19,388 bases of DNA from Ginkgo biloba (lineage: Eukaryota > Plantae > Ginkgophyta), in assembly GCA_024626585.2 (NCBI GenBank), contig JANKJI020000002.1:249421847-249441234 (forward strand), written 5' to 3'. The stretch's first letter is position 1, and each line of letters begins with the position of its first letter. Shown here piece after piece: positions 11,011 through 19,388 of this stretch. The notes under the pieces are model-generated. The model ran no database searches. It was not told the origin of the DNA and saw only the letters and a list, made by a program, of their open reading frames with translations. The position numbers and the translations under genes are program-made.

Positions 11011-11232
11011 CATATTAATTCTCCCGGTGGAACAGTAATACTGGGAATCTCTCTTTATGATGCTATGCAATTTGTAGTACCAGATGTGCANNNNNNNNNN
11101 NNNNNNNNNNNNNNNNNNNNNNNNNNCTCAACTAGAGGGGAAATTACTAAACGTAGAGCATTACCTCACGCTTAGTGCCAATGAGTTTTTATTGAAGAGG
11201 AAACGATGTAAAAAGACTATGCCTTCGCTGAA
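11011..11232 (+). pseudogene. clpP: Nuclear plastid DNA insertion (NUPT): clpP exon 2 fragment plus start of intron 2
   Basis: [25 protein letters not shown] (11014-11088), a 36-N gap, then GEITKRRALPHA. This is followed by tagtgccaatgagttttt and aagactatgccttcgc, which I recall as the 5' portion of plastid clpP intron 2. The flanks are not plastid-like. Confidence 0.9.
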
Positions 11233-11402
11233 TATTATAAAATGTTTCATTGTTTATCTTTTGATATAATTTATTTATTAGCTAAACTACATTAAATTAA
11301 TACTATATGAGACATTACATTGTAGTACCATTGGTTGGATAGGTATACTAATGATAGATGATCTATTCTTATATTTCTTTTGCTTCCTTTTTACTTAGAA
11401 GG

Positions 11403-11580
11403 ATTATCATGGTGTTAATGTCATGGGAAGGAACTTACTACCTAGTAATGAAAGTTTGGATCATATTGCCATGGTGTTGTTGCGAAAAGAAGGAAGATAC
11501 TACCAAGTAATAAAAGTTTGGATCATATTGTCATGGCATTAATATTATAGGAAGGAAGATACTATTTAGTAATGAAAATA
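11403..11580. repeat. 62-bp tandem repeat, ~3 copies
   Basis: Units start at 11403, 11465 and 11527: att(a/g)(t/c)catgg...gaaggaa..tacta...agtaat(g/a)aaagtttggatcat. The third copy is truncated. Confidence 0.88.
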
Positions 11581-11999
11581 TTTTCTTCCCTAGAAATAAT
11601 ATAGTATGATCTATAAGAGGGAAAAAAAATGGACTATGGATTAAAGCACATGCATAACATTTCTTGCATAGTACTCCAAGATAGATTCATGTGTAGTGTA
11701 TATTGTCTTCTATATAACATACTCATAGTGGGCCCAACTAGTGGGGAAGGAGTTCAAGGAATTATTAACGTATTAGAGTAAATATTCATCTATTAAAAAT
11801 GTCATTTAGTGGTAGTGAGAAGGCTACATATAGTAATGGAGCCTTGTATGGTGAATTACAGAAGTAATGAACAAGTTAATTATGGTAGAGGTAAACAAGA
11901 TGATAATGGTAGTGATGAAATATGAAAGTGATGGATTATTCGAATATACATTATTAAAACTAGTCCTTACTTATGGTAAATAATTACCATAATTTACAT

Positions 12000-12440
12000 G
12001 GCTCCCTATTCTCGTCTCCTATCTCATTCCATTACCATCCCATATCCCATTTTTATATATTTTTTGTCTCATATCTTGTCATGTCCCTTGTATCTTATCT
12101 CCCATTTTTTTTTCTTCTTGTCCTCTACCTCTTATTTCATTCTTATCCCATCTCTTCATCTTATCCATGTCTTTCATTTCTATTATCATGCCATCGTATT
12201 CCTATCTCCGACCTCTATTTCTGTCTCCCATCATATTCCTATCTAGTTCCTCTATGTTTGTCTCCCCCATGTTCCATATTTTTGTTTAATGTTCAATCTC
12301 TATTTCTATCTTTATTCTCTATTTTTGTCCCATCTCCCATCCTAACCTTATTTTTTATCTCAATTATTGTCACCATTTATTATTCATATCTCATCCCCCA
12401 CCTTTTGCTTTATTTTTTCCTATTCCCATCTGCCATTTCT
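12000..12440. repeat. Pyrimidine-rich low-complexity tract (tatccc/atccca/tatctc motifs)
   Basis: Strong T/C skew on the + strand with recurrent short motifs. This explains the stop-poor spurious ORFs here. Confidence 0.75.
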
Positions 12441-13875
12441 TATTTAATATTTTATTTAATGTAAGTAAATGGACAGTTGGTCAAGCATGCTTAATGTTTT
12501 AGCATATAGTATATAAATTATATATTCTTTTATAGTTTTTATATTGAAAAAATGAGTAGGGTGTCTACCTATGGCAAATAACTACCATATGTCAAATCTT
12601 CTTGAATGTATTTAATATTGATATAGATNNNNNNNNNNNNNNNNNNNNNNNNNNNNNNNNNNNNNNNNNNNNNNNNNNNNNNNNNNNNNNNNNNNNNNNN
12701 NNNNNNNNNNNNNNNNNNNNNNNNNNNNTCAAAACTGATGACATTTCTCCAAATTTTGACCGCAAGTTGGAACTTTATAAAAAATTGGCAGAAATATTGA
12801 TTGTTAGGATCCGAAAACGGATCAGTAGCCATACTTATAACCTGTCTAGCTCCTCTACAAAAGATTGGAAAGATTTTCTCATGATAAGTGTACCTTAGAG
12901 GCGTGGTAGAGAACATAGGCATAAATATAGTTTCTTTTTCTTGCATAGAGCCAAGTCCCTTTTAGAAGGGAACTGTGTAAAATAACCTAGATGCTCCATC
13001 TGAATTGTCATATATTTTGTAAGCTAGCACAATTCCTAATTTAGTGCATGTATGATACATGTTCCCTATGGGTTTGGACATTAAACTTCTTTTTGATCAA
13101 GTGCACTGCGTATTGACAGTCCACAGAATAAAAAACAAATAGGAATTAGTACATTTGGACATCATTTAATCCCAAGTCCAATGTGCTTCACAACCTTGTG
13201 ATCTGTGCCTAACATATATGTACATGTGCCATTAGCTTATGTCAGTATAAAAATCTACTCATCCTCACTAACATTGCATGAACCCCAAGTACAATATAGC
13301 AACAAAAATAATATATACAGAAAATTCATAAATATATGGNNNNNNNNNNNNNNNNNNNNNNNNNNNNNTTCTAAATTGACTGTACAGTACTTGTGGACAT
13401 ATGCTTGTCAGAGATCAGGATACAACAGAGAGAATAATGTTATGAGCTATTTCTGACAGAAGCACACAAAATGTTTTCAAAATGCTGGGACAAATTAAAA
13501 AAATGCAGCAAAAGACCTGCATGGAATTAAACGCAGAAAGAAACAACACAAGACCTCAAAAGAGGAAATGACTAAATTCAGCATGAAACCTATGCAGAAA
13601 TCATGGAACAAATAATGGTCAAAATCATACCACAAGTTCAAGCAAATCGCAGCACAATTGCAAAGAAATCAAATCGCAGGGAGAGAGAGAAATCTGTGGA
13701 CAATTTTTGCCAAAAAAGCAGGAAAAAGAATGACATATGAAAATGTTTGAAAGAAGAAGTGCAAAACAAAAGAGAGAATAACCCAAAAAGGGTTTCTAGG
13801 TAGACCATTTAATTCCCTGAAAATCATTAAATTTGAAATTGCCCTAAATAATGTTTCGTTCGTAGGAAAATTTTA

Positions 13876-13988
13876 AAATTTCTGTCGGCGCCTTAAAAAA
13901 TCTTCTATCACGGGACCACCAGACCACCAGGCCGCTGAAATTTCTGCCGCGCCTTAAACATTTCCCTCGCTGGACCACCAGGCTGCTG
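13876..13988. promoter_or_regulatory. Tandem ~55-bp duplication with class II TCP-type motifs (GGGACCAC/GGACCAC) in a CpG-retaining region
   Basis: aaatttctg.c(g)gcgccttaaa...ggaccaccagg..gctg at 13876-13937 and 13938-13988. GGGACCAC at 13912-13919 and GGACCAC at 13972-13978. The block lies ~350 bp upstream of the lectin ATG. The repeat is observed, and its regulatory role is inferred. Confidence 0.45.
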
Positions 13989-14334
13989 TTGATTTTTTGA
14001 CGTTGGTTTTCGTTTCGATGTGAAAGACATTATCGTCGTCTTCACGGTCAGAAGGGAGTATGACAATTGACAACCCATCAAAGCTCTGACTCTGACTCAT
14101 ACATGTCTGCGTGTTAAAGGAGGTGGAGATGTTATGACTAAGTTGCATTAATACAACTGAGACGGATTCTAATATCTCTAGAATATTAGAATATTTCTGC
14201 TTTCCACACGCTTTTGACCTGTCTACTTCGGATTCTCAACTTGGGGAAAATTCATTATATGGAGATCCAGGAGCTGGGCATTGCAAGTACTTCTTAGCAT
14301 ACTTCAAAAGCCGGCAAGTCTGAGTTTGAATTCG

Positions 14335-14964
14335 ATGGATAAAAGATATATCATGCAATTGCATCTAACGTTGCTGTTGATCATGCTGTGGGGCTGGCGT
14401 TGGAGGATTGTAAAAGCTTCTGATCATACTAAAATAGCTACGGGATCATGTTGGATAGCCACGGGTCATTTTAATCCAAACCATATCAGTCCTTTGTGTT
14501 CCTTGAGGTGCATGAATGCCTTGTTTAATTCTACAACAAATGATGATGCATTGCTAAACCGGACTGTTGGACTCGATCTCTGTTCCTTCCGCTTTTACTT
14601 CGGCAAGGACTATTGGGTCTACAATAACTCTTACAAGGCAATTATGATGTCGGAATGTAGGACAGAGTATCGCAGCGCTACATACTGCCTAGACAATCTC
14701 AACATAACCGCAGCACAGACTACCTCAAATTATAATATCGAAGTCTTAAATTCCACAGGCGGAAGAAATCAACAATGGTTTTTGGAGGACAACGGAAGAA
14801 TTAGAAGCGGACTTGAGGGGGAGTCCGGCCAAGCGCTATAGCTTCAAGCAGACTTTGAGTTGAATCGTGTCAGAGAGGGCGCAACTCCACTGCCGCTGTA
14901 TCTCGGCCCTGCTCCCTCGTACGATTCCAATAAACACTTCAGAGTTTACATATTCAAAATTTGA
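14335..14964 (+). pseudogene. Intronless secreted ricin-B (R-type, beta-trefoil) lectin-like gene with an in-frame TAG at 14839-14841 (168 aa truncated, 209 codons if read through)
   Basis: ATG at 14335 and a signal-peptide-like MQLHLTLLLIMLWGWRWRIVKA. Trefoil-type repeats: RCMNA...VGLDLC...DYW, then YCLD...IEVLNSTGGRNQQW, then GRIRSGL...AL*LQA...LYLGP...KHF. It has six Cys and five N-glycosylation sequons. The frame stays open for 40 more codons after the TAG, to TGA at 14962-14964. Confidence 0.7.
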
Positions 14965-14986
14965 ACTTGCATATGCACAGGAAACC

Positions 14987-15884
14987 TGTGACAGAAAAAT
15001 GCAGGTAGAGGACATAAATTTTAAATACAAATGAAAATAAAAGCTGTTTCTTTATTAGAATGGCTTCTATTTCCCTTACATGAAACAGAGATCTAAATCT
15101 CTCTATATGGAAAGAGAAATTCAAACGGAAAATGACTCCTTTAATCACGTCATAGATTGGAATTTTATTGACTGAAACAAAATTGAATTAATCTCCTAAT
15201 TTAATTTAACACCTATTAATTCAATATTAATTGAATTACAATCTACCTAATCTATCTATCATGATGCCCGCTAATTATTCCAACACTCCCACTTAGGCCA
15301 ACATTTATTGATTGCTGGTTTTTCACAATTCCAGTCTTCTCAACGCACAATTTATTTTTGGGAGACCCTTCGTGAACATGTCGACGTACCTGCTTCTGGT
15401 ACCAAAACTTCAGCTCCACTTCCCCATCTTCAGATTTTTATGTTTTTGTTGGTCTTCTGCTGTATGCAAGTCGTTGATGGCAGTGACAAGGGTTTGTAGA
15501 CCGGGCAGCGAGAACGCGAGGGGGCACAAAGGTTCAACGCCTCGATGGGTGCAGAGATCTGCGGCCAGGGTGCAGGTGAGGGGACGACATGGATGGCCAG
15601 GGAGAGCCACGGCGTTGGGAACAAGCAGGGCCACGGTGAGCAGGATGCAGCGGCAAGGCAGAGGAGGGCGAGCAACGAAGAGGCCGACAGTGAGGTAGAG
15701 GTGTAGCTACAGCTACATCACGGTTCTAATGTGGCAGTGAGGCAGGCAGGGGGTACGGCGGCTTGCAGCAACATAAGAGATGACGGGAGGCATGGCAATG
15801 CAATAAGGAGGTAAATTGGTCGCCCATCAATGGGAGCTCAAGGATCAAAGGGGTGTTGGAAAGGGAATGCACAGTGCTGAAATA
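14987..15884 (-). mobile_element. Ty1/Copia element 3' end (3' LTR ~14987-15285, PPT, RNase H tail), apparently internally deleted
   Basis: On the minus strand: EDGEVELKF...KQV / VDMFTKGLPK (Copia RNase H QxADxFTKxL motif, ~15355-15432), then PPT taagtgggag (15295-15286) directly followed by TGTTGG. The LTR has minus-strand TATA-like (plus ctctatat) and AATAAA (plus tttatt) signals. The left LTR boundary and the inclusion of 15440-15884 are less certain. Confidence 0.8.
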
Positions 15885-15984
15885 NNNNNNNNNNNNNNNN
15901 NNNNNNNNNNNNNNNNNNNNNNNNNNNNNNNNNNNNNNNNNNNNNNNNNNNNNNNNNNNNNNNNNNNNNNNNNNNNNNNNNNNN

Positions 15985-18093
15985 CAAAGAGGTTAAAATA
16001 GTAAGTATTATAGAATTCATAGTAGTGTAAAGAGATGATCATCCCTTGGCTTATTGATCGTCGCTTATTAGCCTTTTGTCAATGGGTACATATTTTAGTT
16101 TTAAAGCATGACTACTTTGAGTTAGATGAGAAAATTAATTTTCTTTCTATTATTCCAATTTCAATCTTTTTTGTTTCTTTCATATGGTATCTTCTAGATC
16201 AATTACTAGGATTGTAGGCTTGGGCACAAGAAGAGAGGAAGGCGCATATGAAGGAAGTAAAGAGGAGGTTCCACCAACAGAAAATCCCTTTATACTTTGC
16301 CCAAAAAATAAAGAAATAGATAGGGACTAAGTGATTTAGAGAATTCTCAAGAGGGTACTCATGAAGATCAAATGGGCAAAATATAAACTGTGATGAGAAA
16401 GATGAGAAAGGAACAAAAGGAGAGCCGCAATGCCATAGGATAAATTCTTGTACTTGTGCAACATATACAAGAACAACTTTTATCTTTTAGTGCTTCTAGT
16501 TCTTCAATGACACTACAACCTTAGTGAATGGTCCTTTACCTCCTCCTTATATTTATANNNNNNNNNNCATCATAAAATATTATTTCTCCTACTATAGGTC
16601 CATAGATACTAAAGAACCCATTTCATATTGATTCGAGGGTGGATATCAATGTATTTCATGGGATGATGGATGTTGAATCTGTAGACTTGGATTTAGGATT
16701 TCCACTTCACACTATTCAAGGTGCAAATAGATTTTATTCCAAAATTAAAGCTAGGAGGAAGGCTTCAGAGGGATTCTAGAGTCATGAAAAGAAGAATGCC
16801 AACACTAATCCATAATATTCTTCTAATAAGGGGAAGAATACCATAGCTTTTGATAGGTTTAAGAAGTGTGTTCATTATGGAAAGAAGGGCCACAGTGAGG
16901 AGAACTACTTCAAGTTACACTGAGAGAAGGCGCATAGAGAATTATCACAAAAGAAGAAGAAGGTGAAGAGGAAAGTACTAGAGGTTTCCATCACTTTAAG
17001 GGATCGTGGTATTTCAATTTTCCTCGTAAGCACAAAGGATAAGAGAAAGGATTGAGAGAGCATCTTTACTTTATTTTTTAGGTTAAGGACAAGTTGTTGA
17101 TAATTAATTTAACAGTAGTAGCCAAAAGAAATTGATATTAGCTTCAGTAGTTTAGGATTTGAGTTTAGAGTTGTAAGATCATCTCAATCCATATAAGCTT
17201 AGTGGAAGAAAAAATAATTAGAGTGATCATGTTATTGATTTGTGTACTTTCATGTTTGTGATCACTAAGGACTATGTCAATAAAATCACTTGTGATGTGG
17301 TTCCCATGAATTGCACCAATGTGATAATTGGAATTCTCTTCCTAAATGATATAAATGTGACATAGTTCCCTACTAAGGGAAGTGCATTATGATGAGAGGG
17401 AAAAAACCTTTTATCATCTAATTTATTCCTACTCTTAGATCTTCCATTCTAGTGAATATTACCAAGAGGTTAGTGTAATCTTCACAAAAAAATATTTTGA
17501 TTAATGATCAAAGGTTATAATGAGTCATGTTTGGAGACTTGAGATGAGTTATAGTTGGCAATTAAGGATACAAAATAGGAATATGAATCTAAGCAAATAT
17601 TGTCAAAGTTTGAGGATGCATTTAAATCTCATGATGGCCTACCCNNNNNNNNNNNNNNNNNNNNNNNNNNNNNNNNNNNNNNNNATCTTAGGCTAGGGGC
17701 TTCATTGCCCAATGTAGGTCTCTATCACAAGTCAATGATGGAGAATGAGGATATTAAGAGACAGATCTCATTAGATAAGCGGTACATGAGACCTAGTGCT
17801 TCTCCTTGTGGTTCATCAGTCTTATTAATTCTCAAGAAGGATGGTTCTAGTGTATATGGATTGATTATAGAGTAATCAACAAGATTGCGATGAAGAACAA
17901 ATATTTTCTTCCATGCATACATGACTTGTGGATTAGTTATAAAGTGCTAAGTACTTCACTAAAATAGATATGAAATCAGGATATCACTAGGTGAGGATTC
18001 ATGAGGTGGATACATATAACATAGCTTTCATGAACAAGGAGGTTCTCTTTGAGTGGTTAGTGATGCCTTTTGCACTGATCAATGTCCCTACCA
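15985..18093 (+). mobile_element. Degenerate Ty3/Gypsy retrotransposon (putative 5' LTR end/PBS, gag, zinc knuckle, protease, RT), chromovirus/CRM-like motifs
   Basis: ...tttCA-ta-TGGTATC at 16181-16191. Gag-like DINVFHGMMDVESVD (~16642). Decayed knuckle KKCVHYGKKGHSEENYFKLH (16861). Protease region NSSSQKKLI...DHLNPYKL and ITCDVVPMNCTNVIIG. RT motifs RPSASPCGSSVLLILKKDGS, DYRVINK..KNKYFLP, AKYFTKIDMKSGYH*VRI and LFEWLVMPFALINVPT. Confidence 0.93.
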
Positions 18094-18193
18094 NNNNNNN
18101 NNNNNNNNNNNNNNNNNNNNNNNNNNNNNNNNNNNNNNNNNNNNNNNNNNNNNNNNNNNNNNNNNNNNNNNNNNNNNNNNNNNNNNNNNNNNN

Positions 18194-19388
18194 AATAAGG
18201 AGGCCTATGTTGACTAGGCCTTACACTTGCAGGATAATGAAGGGGGCACCTCGACAACTCGTCGTTAATCACGCATGTGTTTGGGCCTATAGGCCCAGAG
18301 CTAGGTTATTGCAGCATCTAAGTGATTCCCTCCCCTAAGAATTATACTACCCCTATGTATGAGTATTATGTATGTCACATCAAGATCCCATCCTCTCCTT
18401 TGAGCGCTAGATGTATTCCTCTTAGGACCAAATCTCTTAGAGTGATCTTGGTAAATAGGCCTAGGAAATTGCCTAAATGTTGTAGTGGAAAGAATTCAGA
18501 TTGCACATGATTATGAAGCATGGTGGGCTATTGCTCCCTCACCCCTCGAGTTTAAAAAGGAGAATAAACTTGGTAAATTTTGGTTCAATATGTCATGGGA
18601 CACAAATTGAGCGTGAGGTTGGCACGTGGAAAGATCCTGTCCTGCACATCCTCGCAATGGTTAAAAGTACCCGGGTAAAAATTGTACGAGCTACCATGGG
18701 ATCCAAACTCACAAGGGCATGACAAGTGGTAGCCTCCTAAATCTTCCTCCCTCGCATGGGTTCATGCCCTAGTGTATTTTGATGATGTTTCCTAGGGGCC
18801 CTGAGATGCGCCCATGTGGCACGATCATAGGTGCCCATAAAATTTGCAGGTCAAAAGGAAAGGGGCACAATGATTTACAAAGAGTTGAACTCTATGGTTT
18901 TTTGAGAAATTATGGTGGGTTCCAAAATCCACATAATGCAATCACGTGGCATGATCGTAGGGCCTATCCTCGTGGCAGGTTGAAAAAGCACTAAGTGAAA
19001 AAATGGTGTGCCTCCTAGATTGCACAAAGATGTGACATGTGGTGCTATCACATTTAAACCATCCCCACAGTGTCAAGGGAAGGATTTTCAAATGGCGAGT
19101 GAGCTATGGGTTTGTAAGTTAGCAACACATGAAGGCCCCTCGAGGCTCCTCCCCTTGGAGCTCAGTTCCAAGAAAGTCAAAGTGGGATGCTAACTCATAA
19201 ATCTTTGCAAGGCTCGGGGGCCCATGATCGTGGAATGTGGAGGCCCCTTAGGTATCCTCCCCTCGAGGCCCAACTTAATATAAGGGAGAAGTAAGGGAGG
19301 GATTGTGGGGTCTCATCCCTCGAGATGGTTTCAAGTGGAACCATTGTGGGACCCTCGCGACTCCAGTTCACTTCAAGCAGGTGGAAAA
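18194..19388. mobile_element. Probable non-coding (LTR/UTR) portion of another retroelement
   Basis: Higher GC than its surroundings, no recognisable protein motifs, and recurring ca(c/t)gtggca(c/t)gatc(g/a)tagg motifs (~18813, ~18943, partial ~19222). There is a TATA-like taatataa near 19277. No diagnostic LTR ends were seen. Confidence 0.35.

Larger units (their letters stand above)
1482..18193. other. Assembly gaps, including eight of exactly 100 N (1482, 3214, 4946, 6322, 8771, 12629, 15885, 18094)
   Basis: N runs are seen directly. A fixed length of 100 usually denotes unknown gap size. Confidence 0.9.

Noticed and set aside
11973-12464. 163-aa hydrophobic ORF resembling a membrane protein
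   Set aside because: It arises from a T/C-rich low-complexity tract that lacks stop codons, and it has no motifs.
13454-13470. miR156-like tgacagaag
   Set aside because: The match stops after 9 nt and no complementary star arm is evident.
14281-14334. TTG start of the 186-aa ORF
   Set aside because: In a eukaryotic context the first ATG (14335, or 14353) directly precedes the signal-peptide-like segment.
15036-15041. AATAAA as the native lectin poly(A) signal
   Set aside because: It lies inside the inferred Copia LTR, so it is not native gene sequence.
15308-15698. Overlapping GC-rich ORFs on both strands
   Set aside because: No recognisable domains. They are explained by high GC and by overlap with the Copia remnant.

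Overview
AT-rich, gap-ridden draft-assembly window from a plant nuclear genome. The host is probably non-angiosperm: the embedded plastid clpP fragment has [16 protein letters not shown] and retains intron 2, which fits Ginkgo, cycads or ferns. Most of the window is decayed repeats: two diverged L1-type LINE segments (DUF4283, zf-RVT, RNase H), a TRIM with an adjoining inverted LTR abutting a receptor-like kinase (RLK) pseudogene, several minisatellites, an internally deleted Copia on the minus strand and a degenerate Ty3/Gypsy gag-pol. Gene-like content is two paralogous RLK kinase C-terminal fragments, a clpP NUPT, and an intronless secreted single-domain ricin-B (beta-trefoil) lectin-like ORF. 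That ORF has an in-frame TAG inside its third subdomain and a Copia LTR starting about 22 bp after its apparent ancestral stop. Eight gaps are exactly 100 N, which usually marks unknown size, so adjacency across them is uncertain. All domain calls come from manual translation and motif recognition, not database searches. I cannot demonstrate a wholly new multi-gene system here. The lectin (and its linkage to the RLK copies) and the fold-back TRIM are the best leads.
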